This document shows positions 51,101 to 64,000 of a stretch of 64,000 nt of DNA, one piece after another. This DNA is from Bispira polyomma. Taxonomy: Eukaryota. The DNA lies in assembly GCA_965649765.1 (NCBI GenBank), contig OZ287758.1:10974001-11038000 (forward strand), read 5' to 3'. Each line of letters begins with the position of its first letter. Within the stretch, counting starts at the first letter, position 1. The notes under the pieces are model-generated. The model was given only the letters and a program-made list of their open reading frames with translations, was not told the origin of the DNA and did no database searches. Made by a program: the position numbers and the translations under genes.

Positions 51101-52859
51101 CATAAGTTCTACATGAGGTCATAAGCAGGTCAACCTGGCATCATGTGCAAGTCAATGTAAGACCATTCATGTGAGATACCAACTGTATATAAAATAGCTG
51201 ATGTAATTGTCCCTGTTACTTTATTGCAGGTGGGACAGTGGATATTACTGCACATGAAATCTTAAGAGGTGGGAGAGTAAAAGAACTCAATGCGGCCAAT
51301 GGAGGAGCCCTTGGTGGTATAAAGGTGGATGAGAGCTTTATTCAACTGATGCAGAAAATTTTTGGAATGGATTTTATTCAAATGTTTAAGAATGAGATTC
51401 CTCAGCAGTGGTTTGCACTGATAGAATCATTTGAAAAGGTGAAGAAATCTTTCAAGAATGACAGCAGCAGTAGGCTTGTCTTATCCTTGGGGTATGCAAT
51501 GGGTACCAAGTATCAAGAAGTTATAGGTCATTCCATTGAAAATGCAGTAGCAGTTTGTAAGGAACCAGGCATATCTTTCAAAAGTGGATCACTCATCATA
51601 ACACATGAAGCTGCCATAAAGCTGTTTGCACCTACAGTGAACGGAATTGTTGACTTGGTAAAGAAACAGATGCACACGTCAGTACTTACTGCTCTGAGCC
51701 ATGTACTCTTAGTTGGTGGGTTTGGGGAGTGTACATACCTGCAAGAGGAACTGACAAAGAATATGCGGGAAAATGTGACCTTACTTGTACCAGCTGAAGC
51801 TCAGATGGCTGTGATCAAAGGTGCAGTGCTGTATGGTCACAAACCAGATTCTATTAGCAGTCGTGTTGCAAGGCGTACCTACGGTTTAAGTGCCTGGAAG
51901 AAATATGCCCCAGAAAAGCACAATCCTGGGAAAAAGGTTACCATGCATGGCAAAGACTGGTGCACACATGTTTTTGTTCCATTTATTACTAAAGGCACTT
52001 CGGTGGAAAGTGATCTGATATTCAAAGAAAGACGGCGTCCACATAGGCCTGACCAAAAGAGCATGAAAATAAGGATTTACTCGCTGGACAAGTCTCAGAT
52101 GGCACTCGTAGAGTACATAGATCACCCTGACATGGTGCTTGTCGGGAAAGTATTTGTAAATATGCCTAACATTGAAAAAGGTGAAGTGTATTTGTGGGTT
52201 ATTCAAAAGTAGCATTTTAATTTTTTTGTAATTCCTGCTTTGTCAGTAATGTAATCATGACTGTATGACAATATGTTGTATTTGATTGCAGCAGTATAAT
52301 ATTCTAACATTAATACATCTATTTGTTAAGAAATAAGTTAAAATCCATGTAGATCTACATTTGTTGTATGCTAATACATTCACTGCTGAAAGACTGCCCA
52401 GTTAATTGTAACCAATGTCCAAAAAATGCTGGTAACCAAGACTGCAGTTTTAGGATTGCCAAGTTATGCATGCAATATCCAAAAATATTATTTGCATTCT
52501 ATGGTGAAAACATGCATGAGTAACATTTAAATGATTCTCAAGGCAACCATGACGCCATATGTGTACATGATTTTGTAAATAGGGGGGGTTCCTGACCCAC
52601 TGGACAACCCCTCCCCTGTCCTCCTATGTAGATTTCATCGTCATGTCACAATTTTCGCCTATATATTATTTTGGGATATTTTAACAGTTAAACTGTTTAA
52701 ATAAATTGTAAATTCATGTTTCTGTTTAACATCTAACCAGGTTTGGACAGAGCTGTTACTGTGGATATCAAATTGGGAGGAACAGAAATCCAAGTGTCTG
52801 CCACCGATGTTACATCTGGGAAAACCACAGAATGTGTGGTTGACTTTCTTGCCGATTGA
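45172..52859 (+). CDS. HSPA12: Heat shock 70 kDa protein 12A/B-like, 7 coding exons: 45172-45419, 46180-46261, 46855-46982, 47445-47538, 47747-47915, 51230-52180, 52741-52859 (1791 nt, 596 aa plus stop)
   Basis: All six introns are GT-AG with compatible phases (2,0,2,0,1,1). Motifs VAAIDFGTTYSGYAFS, KTPT, WVITVPAIW, LEPEVAS, VVDCGGGTVD, LVGGFGE, IKGAVLYG and GGTEI. An acceptor at 45161-45163 implies an upstream non-coding exon. Confidence 0.93.
46440..46678 (-). mobile_element. Degenerate tRNA-derived SINE in intron 2
   Basis: Minus-strand head TGGTGGCCTAGTGGTTAAA. The head is also present in the paralog at ~25075-25091. Confidence 0.55.
48497..48712. mobile_element. MITE with ~50-bp imperfect TIRs
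   Basis: gtaagcaatataaaatttgc..atctgaaattcgccacc versus ggtggcgaattttagat..gcaaattatagattccttac. Confidence 0.7.
49682..50189. mobile_element. MITE with ~55-bp TIRs carrying a nested SINE
   Basis: tagtggtaggagaccagttaac versus gttaactggtctcctaccacta. Confidence 0.85.
49779..50026 (+). mobile_element. tRNA-derived SINE with 18-bp TSD
   Basis: A and B boxes present. TSD aattcaaacacacttaat at 49761-49778 and 50027-50044. Confidence 0.92.
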
Positions 52860-53552
52860 AGTGTATCACACTGTCTATTTAACATTCTTAATTCAAAACT
52901 GTCAAAAATAGTAAGAATTAATGAATTAGTCTTTATTTTATAAACACAAAGACAGAACATAAAATATAAGTGGAATGTGTGTACTGATTTGTATTTTATT
53001 CTAGCATGTGTGCCTCTTATATTAATCAAGCATTGAGTGTTAAAAAAATTATAGTAGTTCATTTAGTTTATTAACTTTATTCAACACAATGTTGTGTTTT
53101 TCTGATACATAAATCTATCCAGCACACTCGTATATGAATGTGCTCCTATAAAATGATCATGTCAAGAGATAGTCATATTGAATTGTGTTACTTTATTTAA
53201 GATAATCTTAAACTGTAACAAGTTCTTAGCAACTATTACTCCTATCATATGACTAAGTATTCAAATGTAATTGCTATTTTACATGAAAGAATGTAACATC
53301 TAACCTAATAATTTATGTAGTGATTACACTCACACCTGTGTGTATTACGTATGGATCAAAATGTATGTCTAAAATATAATGTATCTGTATATCTATCTAA
53401 ACACTGGCGGTTGCTGAGCTCTCTGGTGATTGAACTTCCGATAAAAGGAGTTTTTGTATTGTAATGAAGGTGGCCGCTAACCAGTGCCTATTGCAATAGT
53501 GATGCTATTGCTGGGGGTATGTAGTATCTAACCCATTGGGTTGATAAACCAG

Positions 53553-53787
53553 GGCCCGTATTTTTGAACGTATACTCAGCTTAAATTCATACTCAACTCA
53601 TATAAAGACCATCTGGAAATAATTGTACATGGAAACAACCTATACTTGTGACCATTCTTTTTAATAGAGCTTTCAGCGCTAAATTCAAATATGAAGTCAG
53701 ATTTTAGATTTGTTTCCCGTGTTATAGAGAATCCGTATTTAAGTTGAGTATGAGTTTGAGCTGAGTATACGTTCGAGAATACCAGCC
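53553..53787. mobile_element. PIF/Harbinger-like MITE with CAG TSD (second copy)
   Basis: Same family as 22789-23026. The empty site aatCAGgct is visible in the paralog at ~37574. Confidence 0.88.
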
Positions 53788-53996
53788 CAGGCCTTTCAAA
53801 ATTTTTAAACATAGTTAGTGGAGGAAAACTCAAGTGTTAAATTAGACATCCAGGTTATGCATAAGATATGAAGGTTAGAGGAAATTGTAAATTACTTACT
53901 GTAACATAGCTCCAAATACAATTAATTTATTTGATCAACGTTTTGTTAGGGTTTGTTTGTCAACATCTACTTTTGGATATCATTTATATATATATA

Positions 53997-55334
53997 TACC
54001 CAGCGGGCAAAAGGATGTCTATATGATGTCTAAATGACGTACCACCCCGATGTCTAACTGACATCTTTTTTAGGTTGGATTTGAAAGTTGGAATGACATC
54101 ATGCTTCTGACATTAGAAATATGATGTCATTTAGACGTCAGATATATGACATCATTCGACCTTTTAAACCCATCCAATAAATGAGGAGTATGTGAGAGAG
54201 GAGATGGGGGGGGAGTAAGAGGAGGGTGGGGGTGCAGCCAGTATATTTTAGCAACTGCCTTTACCCTTCCACCTTTAGCTTTACCAAAGTGGTACATACA
54301 TTACAGATGGGCAAAATGTGTAAGGAATATGTCTGATAAATAACTAATATAATATAGTATAACTTATCGTTGTCAACGTCTGAATAATTAAGCTGTTTTG
54401 TGCTTTAAATATTTTTTTTAAATTTATGTTCATGCATTCCATATTTGTGGGACCCATATATATATATATATAAATATATATATATATATTTGTTATACCT
54501 CGGCGGTGAATCTAGAGATCCTATTGGTTAAAATGCAATCACATGACGTACCATATTTCCCGATATGGCCCGGGAGTCGGGGGCCATATCACTGCAGCGG
54601 GCCATATTACTTGTAAAGTTTAGCAAACACCATTGGTGGTTATTTTTTTTAAAAAAGTCAAGGGATATTAAACATTTATAGTTTAACACACAATTAAACA
54701 AATGTAGATACATTATATTGAATTTGCTGTTAAATGTTCTTGATACACCGGCGTCTTCTTCCGCCATGGTTATATTGTTGATATACTCGTCACGGGAGTT
54801 AGGGGCGCTATTAAACCTTGGAGCTCACCGAAAATATATGTCGGGACCAAAATTCCTTATTGAAAGACTATCTTTATTCAAAAACTAAATAATGATTCAG
54901 TATAATAAACCCTTGGTCAGCCATATTGTCCCGACCTCAGTGCATATTTCCCAGTTTTGCCGTCACAAACAGCTTATATTCTGTAAATAAAAAAATATAT
55001 ATACTGCCCATTTAAGACCCACATAATCATATTTGCTGTGTACCTGCTGGGCCATTACAAAAATGACCATTCCCACAATTCTCTTCTACATGAATTTATA
55101 TGAGGAATGTCACAACATCATAATGACATCTAAATATATATCAGATAGTGTACATCATAATGACATCATAATGACATCTAAATATATGTGAGATAGTGTA
55201 CATTATAATGATGTCTTAATGATGTCTAAATATATGATGAATACATTGTGATGTCAAAATGACGTCGAAATTACGGTATGTCCATTTTTAGACTAAAATT
55301 TGATATCAAAAAGACGTCGAGTGCCTACTGGGTA
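53997..55334. mobile_element. Non-autonomous DNA transposon with subterminal gacgtc/atgacatc repeats; a probable second element is nested at ~54490-54990
   Basis: TIR tacccagcgggca / tgcctactgggta. Absent from the paralogous site (~37760). Confidence 0.75.
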
Positions 55335-55461
55335 TCATTTTGTTAAAACCAGCGAAAACATATTCTTTGTTAAATGAAGATTGATCTATGTGTCATTGGC
55401 ATAGACATGCTACTTAATACAACTATATGTGTCTATAACAAGACTGAAATAAGTCGTACTA

Positions 55462-58400
55462 AAACAGCATTAATTTGTAATAACTTACAAATTGGATTTT
55501 CAAAAATTCTATTGTCACATATGGTGGATACCTCATGACATAAACTATTGTACATGTGAAATGTACAAAAGCTCTCTCAATATTGTTCACAGTGTCACTT
55601 TTTTATTTCTTGCAGAGTATTTTATTTTGATAAAACATTGATTCTGTAAATAACGCCTTAATTAAGTTATGTTAGTTTTTTTTTCTTCTTTAGCATCCTT
55701 ATGTTAAGAAATGTGTGTTTGTTTTTTAAAAATGCATTAAACAGGTGTTACCTTCTTGCAATTATTATTAAAATGAAAGGTATAATTATATTTTTTTCAA
55801 TAGATATGTGGTCATCTTTTGTGAGTTGTAGCAAGTCAATAAATATTAAATATAAAGTACTAATGTGGTTTTCAAGTCATCAATCATTGAAAAAATAATT
55901 GTTAAAATAATTAGTCGTCTACTCCAGTCAAAACAAAATATTTTGATGCTGCTTATTCTAGAGAGTGCTGTGTGTTATTACTGCAACTTTTTCCGGAAAT
56001 AATATTAGGGTGTTATCTGCAAACTGTCAAGGATTAAGAAACAAACAGAAAAGAATAGACGTTTTGGCATACTTCAAAGAAAGAGAAGCTAACATAATTT
56101 GTCTCCAAGATACACATTGGATCGAAAGTGACTTGAGTAATATTAAACAACTGTGGAATGGCAATTGTTATATTCATGGGTCTAAAACCAATGCACGTGG
56201 TGTAGCAATTCTTTTAAAAAGTAATTTTGAATATACTGTATTGTCAAGTGAACAAGACACAGAAGGAAATTTCCTTTGTCTTACCTTAAAACTTAGCTCT
56301 ATGGCAATAGCTCTTATTACAATATATGCCCCAAATAAGGACACTCCACTTTTCTTTACAAAACTGCAGGATGTTGTGCAGAGTAATAATTTTGATCACT
56401 GCATAATATGTGGTGATTATAACTTAGTGATGAATCCTGCACTTGATACAGACGGATATAAACATATAAATAATCCAAAAGCTAGGCTAACAGTATTTAA
56501 TATGATGACCGATTTTGATTTTCTAGATATTTATAGGCAACTACACCCAAACAATCGCCGATATACATGGAGGAAGAGAACTCCCCTAAAACAGGCCAGG
56601 CTTGATTACTTTTTGGTGTCCAAGAATATGTTAGATATAATTAATAAATGCGAAATTAAACCTGGTTATAGGTCAGACCACTCCATTATAGAATTAGAAA
56701 TGGTGTTGAACCATTTTAAGGTGGGAAAGGGGATTTGGAAATTTAATAATAGCCTACTTAAAAACATTGATTATTTAAATTTAATAAACAAAGTAATAAA
56801 AGAGGAAGTTTTAAATTATGCGATACCTGTATATGACTTAAAATTTTTAGAAAATAATTACAATGATATTAATTTCACGATAGACAATGATCTCTTTCTT
56901 GAGGTACTGTTGCTCAGGATAAGAGGGGAAACAATTAAATTTGCAAGTGCCGTAAAAAAATTAAATGCCTCTAAAGAAAAAGATCTGATGAAATATATTG
57001 AGTATTTGGAAACAAATATAGACTCCCAAAATTGTAATTTACAACTGCTATCAGATAAAAAAGCCGAATTGGAATATATTAGAGAAAATAAAATGAAAGG
57101 TGCACAGGTTAGAGCTAGAATACAGTGGCTAAATGAGGGAGAAAAACCCTCCAAGCTATTCTGTAATTTAGAATCGAGAAATTATGTTGAAAAAACAATA
57201 AGAAAATTACAATTAGATGATGGTCAAACAATTTATGAGCAAAAGGAATTGCTACACCACGTCAAAACTTATTATTCCAATTTATTTAGCAACCGAGACA
57301 TGTATCTTAATGTAGAAAGCTTTGATTCTTTGAAAGAGGTTCAATCAAAAAAAGTCGTTGATGAAAATTTGGGTGGTTCTATATCTGTAGATGAATTGCA
57401 AACAGTTTTAAAAAAGATGAAACATAACAAAACGCCAGGAATAGATGGTCTTACTGCAGAATTTTTAAAAGTTTTCTGGGGAATGCTGAAGTTTTTTATA
57501 GCTAGAGCAATCAACTGTGGTTTTGAAAAAGGTTCAATGTCAATAACTCTGCGCCAATGCATTATAGTGCTTACCAAAAGGAAACAAGAACAGAAGTTTT
57601 ATGAAGAACTGGCGACCTATTTCACTACTTTCTGTAATTTACAAACTAGCTTCGACTGTAATATCTCAAAGATTAAAAACAGTTTTAGATCTTATTATAT
57701 CAAAATCACAATCTGGCTTTGTACCAGGGAGGCAGATAAGTGATAGCACCAGATTAATTTATGATATAATGCATTCAGCAGAAGTAAAAAATCTACCTGG
57801 ACTTTTAATGCTTATAGATTTTGAAAAGGCATTTGACTCCATTTCTTGGATATTTCTGTATAAAACTCTTCAACTGTTTGGTTTTAGCAAGGAATTTATC
57901 AAGTGGGTAAAACTCTTTAACACCAACATCAAAGCACATGTACTTCAATGTGGTACCTTATCTGAAGAAATTTCTATTGAAAGGGGTTGCAGACAAGGTG
58001 ACCCACTTTCGCCATATTTATTTTTGATAGGGGCTGAAGTACTGTCTTCATTACTAAAACTAAATTCAAATATAAAAGGTTTTAAGTTGAGAAATGAAGA
58101 GATTAAATTAACACAGTTTGCAGATGACACAACCCTTGTACTTGATGGATCACAGCGCTCTCTAGAGACAGCACTTAATATACTAGAAATATTTGGAAAT
58201 TTTTCTGGCTTAAAAATGAACATGGAAAAAACAAAGGTGATCTGGATTGGTCGGAAACGTTTCTCTAAGGAAAAATTAAAAATAGAACACAACCTATAAT
58301 GGGGCAACTCAGAATTTTCTATGTTAGGATTAAATTTTTTTCAACCAATTTAGGTGATATTCCAATCATAAACTACTCTGAGGCTTTAGAAAAAATTAAG

Positions 58401-59996
58401 AAGGACACGGTAAATTGGAGAAATAGATATCTCACACCTTTTGGGAGAATATCACTTATTAAAACCAAATTTTTGTCAAAACTGATACACCTCTTCATTA
58501 CCTTGCCTGCACCATTACGTATTTTGAAACAGATAAATAAAATGATGTTTGAATTTTTATGGAATCATAAATCTGATAAGGTGAAACGAAAAACCATATG
58601 TGGGGATTATTCAAAAGGGGGTTTGAAAATTATTAATATATTCCATTTTGAAAAGGCATTAAAAATAACTTGGATACAAAAGACAATCTATCAACCAGAA
58701 GTAGGATGGAAGAAGGTATTACACGAATCAAATAGTAAAGTAAAAAATTTATCTGGACTGGGTGGAGAATTAAATTCAGTCTATTCGAAAACATTGAAAA
58801 ACGAGTTTTGGACCATTATTTTTGGATACTGGAATGACTTCTGTTCAAAAAATCAACCCTCATCAAATAATGAAATTTCAGATTCATGTTTATGGTATAA
58901 TAGTCAAGTATCAAAATGTATTCTATATTACCCAACTTGGCACAAAAAGGGAATAAGCCTAGTGGGTGATATAATAGATGCAGAAGGAACTGTAATTAGT
59001 CATGCAGAATTGAATAAAAAATATAACATTTCTACAAATATTTTAGACTATCACAGGTTAAAACTCTCGGTTGAGAAGTTCCTGAAGACATATAAAAAAG
59101 GCAAGACATATTCCTACTTGAGACCTAGTCTACCATTCCATATAAAAATTTTGTCTAAATCCAGAAAAGGGAGTAATGATTTCTATAAAATTTACAGTGA
59201 AGATGACTTTGAGGAACCAATTTGTAAATTAATATGGTCAGTAAAACTAAATTTCACAGTTGATGTCAAAGTTTGGAAAAATATTTTTAAAGCCAGTTTC
59301 AAGTCCATTTCAGATAACACATTAATATGGTTTCAATATAAAATATTTTTTAACATTTTGGATACCATTCAATATTTGCATAAGATAAAAGTAGCTGATT
59401 CAAACCTTTGCAATTTTTGTAAGCGACATCCAGATTCTATTTACCACCTTTTTACTCAGTGCACTTATGTTGACAAATTGTGGCAAAATATATTAGATTG
59501 GATCTGGAATAAGTTGGCTCTTAAAATAGAGCTAAGCGATGCTAGAAAAATTTTAGGGTATGAAGAAATGGACTTAAATTTCTGGCCACTGAACTTTTAG
59601 CTACTAGTATCAAGGTATTACATATTTTGCTGCTCAAAGAGGAAATTTCAATTGAACATATATTTCCTTCAGAAAAAATTTAAAAATATATTTTTAGAAC
59701 AAAAACTTTTGTCGAAAGTAAATCAAACAGAACAAAAATTTGACAAGAAATGGAAGTATGGGAAAACCTAATAGTGTAAAAAATTGTTGTTTTTTTTGCT
59801 GAACTTCTGCATAAGATGACCAGTGAGAAAGTGAGCATTATAAACAAAAAAAAATTTATTATGTGGTAACCACTATCGTAGTATATACTGTTGTAAAAAA
59901 TTTATTGCATTTATTAAGATGTGCCTACTGTATATTTGTAATATATTCTTATTTTTTTTATACAACAAAAAGAAATAAAAATATAAAAAAAAAAAA
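55462..59996 (+). mobile_element. 5'-truncated L1/Tx1-like LINE with near-intact ORF2, poly(A) tail and 16-bp TSD
   Basis: TSD gaaataagt(c/a)gtacta at 55446-55461 and 59997-60012. Poly(A) at 59985-59996. Confidence 0.93.
55965..59771 (+). pseudogene. L1/Tx1 ORF2: APE endonuclease, RT and C-terminal Cys/His motif; a few frameshifts and stops
   Basis: SANCQGL, CLQDTH, GDYN, RLDYF, SDH; KTPGIDG, WRPISLL, DFEKAFDS, GCRQGDPLSP, QFADDTT; CNFC..HLFTQC. Confidence 0.95.
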
Positions 59997-61134
59997 GAAA
60001 TAAGTAGTACTATATATAACGAAAACAGACCCTCTGGTTTTTCAAACTCTGATCTTAGAGAATTTCGACTGTCTGGAATTTATCTAAAAGATAGAAAGTG
60101 AATCAATTTGCCACAGATGTTGTGCTTTCAAATCAAGAAGACAGGCATTCAAGAAGTGATTTGTATCAATGTTTGTCATCAAAGTGTTTCTTAATCTTTC
60201 CAAAATTTTGAAAAAAACACACTGAATTCTAACAATAGTCTATAGGTTTTTAGCTCTTCCATGGTTAGTAGTGTCTACTTAATAGGCATCTATACTACCA
60301 CATCCTTTTCCAGTAAGATATTTCTGGATCTAGTAATTGATGGCAGCAGAACTAAACCAGTGATGTAGTCCACAGATCTATAACAAGCAAACATTGTAAG
60401 GGTTTGTTCTACAAATTTGACTCCTCCTGTGTGACCTTATTGAAAGTGACAAATTAATGAAGATGTGTGCAAGAACAGGAAAACACCTATAAGAATCATT
60501 TGAAAACCATCATTGATTTGGTTATCTTTTTTCAATGGAAAGTGATCCAAATTAAAATTGTTTGCGAAATACTTATCAGGTGTACAGGAAAGGATGACAG
60601 ACTCGGGCAATCTATTTTGTACCTTATTAAATTTAACAATAAATGGGGCCATAGCCCCAAGGTACCCCCTCAAAGTTTAAAAAAAACACCAAAAAACACA
60701 AGGAATTCTGTAAGAAATGTAGTTTGGGATAAGCTGTTGATCTTTACGCTGGTGGACACAGTCCAATGACATACTATCAGCAACTTAACCAGCATTTGTA
60801 ATGTGTTATCGAATGTGGAAAAAGTTTTTTTGGGGCCCATCGTAAAACTATAAAATATAACACATAAAATTTAAAAAAAAACTATAAAATATAACACATA
60901 AAATTTCACTAAATATAGATGTATTTTTTTACATATGTATTTAATTTTTACTTGGAGTGTAATATACTTTAAAAGTGGGCCTATAACGATTTTAACTTGA
61001 AAACTGATATTACTCAGTGCCCTACCCTAATGACCTCAAAGCTGTGGTATAACACAGGAAAGTAAAAAGAGGTAGGTTGGGGATCTTAGTTTAATTTTTT
61101 CTGTTATCACTAATACTTATTTACATACTGGATT

Positions 61135-61445
61135 TAGGGCCACCTTAGCACCATGAGTTTTAAGTAAAAATTTGAAATTTCAAGGTGACCTTAACCTGGG
61201 GATTTTAAGTTAAGGTAACCCTAAGGGTTTGAGTTAAGGGTAGCCCTAACTTGAAAGTTAGGGTTACCTAAGATTGAGTTTAAATTTTGAATTTAGGGGG
61301 TAGCCCTAACTTGAAGTTAGGGTTACCTTAAATTGAGTTTAAGCTTGAAATTTGAGGTAACCTTATAAATTATTTAAGGTTGCAAAATGAGATTTAGTAA
61401 AGATGAATAAATGATTAAATTAAAATAGGGTGGTAAGGTGACCCA
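61135..61445. repeat. Array of GGTNACC/GGTAGCC near-palindromes; possible terminal-repeat relic of another DIRS element
   Basis: About nine aggtgacctt/aggtaaccct/gggttacct-type motifs, similar in style to repeat B of the inner DIRS. Confidence 0.45.
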
Positions 61446-62925
61446 AAAATGTTTATGTTTAACATTTATTATATATTATTTGTATATAATTTATGTAAAT
61501 AAAGCCCCCCAAAAGGGCAAAGTAAAATTAAAAACAAAGATACTAGCTGAAATACTAAAACCTGTGTTGCTCGCATTTACAGTCCAATCAGAGTAGCAAG
61601 AATCTCACTGAACCTTACGCCCCTAGCATATACAATTACCATGGCTTTAAGGAAACATGCCTACAGACATCAGAAAAATGTAAATCGAGTTGGTCTTGTT
61701 TCCAGGAGGGCAGTGCTTGTTTGTGCAATGAGTTCATTCCTGCCAGAGCCATAGCTGATCCATAAGTCCAATTCATCTGAAACTACATGCTTTTAATTTG
61801 ACATGTGATCACATAGTTATGACATGCACTTGCATGAAGAGTCTACTACTGTACAATTATAATATTACACTAGTGACAACACACGATTGCGACATTAACA
61901 CATTTTACATATGATCATGTACCCGAATAATGGGGAAACGACATCACTGGTAATTACTTTACAAATGCTACTACGACAACCAAAAGGATGTGACTTCACA
62001 CAATAAATAAGACATTGTCATGCACTCGCTTGACAGGGAAACACATTTGACAACATTAAAACTTTACATACAACAAAGGATAACCCTGAAAACAATAATG
62101 TAATGTACAATATATGACAACAAAAGGGGCGCAAACTCAACAGCAATCAGCTATCTAAAATAAGTGTGGCCCTGGTTTTACCCAGAGTAATTTGGGAGAT
62201 AAGTCACCTGGAGCCCCTAAAGGCCCCCACAGGCGGGGAACTGTGAAAGCCAGCAGTAATGAATAACTCGTGGGCCCTCAGCCCAGAGCCCTCACCAACC
62301 TGCGCCAAGGTACAAAGTGAAACTTCAGGAACTCCAGGGAAAAATAAAATATATTTAAGATAGCGTTGTTGCCTAATTGACTTGAGTAGCATAAGTGAGG
62401 ATTCTACAGAAAGAACGGGAAAACAGAGGTTAATTAGTACATAGGTAATCAATTACAGGGGGGGGGGGGGGTCATGGGTTATGACCCCACAGGTAAGTTT
62501 AACAAAATACTGGTAGCACTGAACTTGCTATTCCTTACGGCCATACCCTGCTTACTTCCTAATATTCATAGTATATGTAGATATTTTCTCAAATTAGGAA
62601 ACTTAATGTTGATAGCTTTTAAGAAATGTTAGGTTAAATTCATGCCTATTTTGGTTTCCAGCTTGGGTTTGTGTTTCCATCCGGCTAGAGGCCCGTCCAG
62701 TTGTCCGAATTTTAGCAGGTACCACGTAAACAAAACAAACAAAACCTAACAAATCGTGCACAGTTTCAAGAAAGCTCAACATAAAAGTATAATATTTTGT
62801 GACATTTGTAATCAATGTATAGAACCACGTTTACTTTTAAAACTTTACTATTATGGTGGTTGTCACAATGAAAAAATATAATTTCTAAAGTGAACTAGAA
62901 CACTAAATGAGCGATAATATGGGTT

Positions 62926-63130
62926 ACACGGGCGGTCACAATACCGGTCAGGTCACAATATCGTTTGACGCATATTTGAATGCTTAAAACGTAGATTTAA
63001 TTAAAATAAAATCATATTTAATTCATAGACATGAAATAGCAAGTGTTTTCAGAATTAATTTCCATTGGTAAAGTCTTTAAACCAGCAACGGACGGTATTA
63101 TGACCCGACCGGTATTGTGACCGCCCGTAT
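62926..63130. mobile_element. MITE with ~40-bp TIRs
   Basis: acgggcggtcacaataccggtc.ggtca versus tgacccgaccggtattgtgaccgcccgt. Confidence 0.85.
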
Positions 63131-64000
63131 AGTAGCAGCTGTAAATTGAATATACTGCAGTATAAGTCCAATTAGCCCTAGGATAGGACTGTATAGTGAA
63201 AATCGTGTATGTGACTAGTGGTCCCCGCTAAAAAGTTAGACAGTTGTATTTTAAGGCTCAAGCCCAATATGCCGGAAGTCTGTTTTAACAAAGTGATTAT
63301 GCCTCATGTGCCAGACCCTTAAGGTTTTAGTAATTTAAACACACAAATACGTCGCCAATAAATCATACTACAATTGCACAAGTTCATTGTTGACTTTATT
63401 ATCCACTGTGACGTCAATATGACATTTTTGTGGTTAATAAGGTCCGGGTAATAAATTGAACTGTATCACCCAGCGCCCAATAACATGTATATGAAAACTT
63501 TAGTATATAGCTATATTACAAGGTTTTTAGTCTCGTTTGATTGTTGTTTTTTTTTGTGCAGAAAGGTGATTTAAAGTATGGTTAACATAAAATATGAAGC
63601 TTAAACTATGTTTTGATGGATAAAACCCGATTTTTAGTGCTTTATGAATACTAATTTGAACTTAATTCTTTATGGTACCAACTCTGTACTTGTTGGCTTT
63701 CAGATTTACATTGTGACGTCATGTTGGAAGGTTTTGAAAGAGAAACAAAGATTCTATACATTTTAATTAGGGGTTGTTTTAATATTGTCATAGTAAACAA
63801 ATTAATATATATATTGTTTAAAACTTTCGATTGATATAAAATATAAGCATTATGCAATGTTATTGTGTACAAAACCTGATTTTTAGAGTGGTGGAAGTTT
63901 GAATTGGAAGCTAATTCCTTAAGTTGACAAGTCAGTACTTTTTGTTTGGTTTGCCGTAAATTTTCAATATTTTAGGCCTTTTTCGGACTATTAGTGTTAT

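Noticed and set aside
57560-58345. Programmed frameshifting in L1 ORF2
   Set aside because: Not a known feature of L1 ORF2. The breaks are better explained by decay or indel/homopolymer sequencing error.

Overview
AT-rich, intron-containing animal genomic DNA, most consistent with a marine invertebrate such as a mollusc (inference from tandem HSPA12 genes and the TE families; not provable here). The only host gene I can reconstruct is an intact 7-coding-exon HSPA12A/B-like gene (45172-52859, +, 596 aa). A decayed tandem paralog lies upstream (26690-31726) inside a duplicated block (~24.3-38.6 kb vs ~44.6-60.7 kb). The rest is mostly transposable elements. A degenerate tyrosine-recombinase (DIRS-order, PAT/Ngaro-like) retrotransposon at ~5.5-23.8 kb contains three nested insertions: a second DIRS element with A1..B1-A2..B2 split direct repeats (7643-13670), a full-length Gmr1-type Gypsy element (16052-22533) and a MITE. 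There is also a third, RT-less DIRS derivative, two L1/Tx1-like LINEs, L2-like LINEs, tRNA-derived SINEs and many MITEs. The main lead: all three DIRS elements carry a phase-1 splice donor at the same point in gag, and the two that retain the region have a phase-1 acceptor directly before the recombinase ORF. This predicts a spliced Gag-YR fusion. The B1/A2 circle junction also folds into a nested hairpin around the crossover site.
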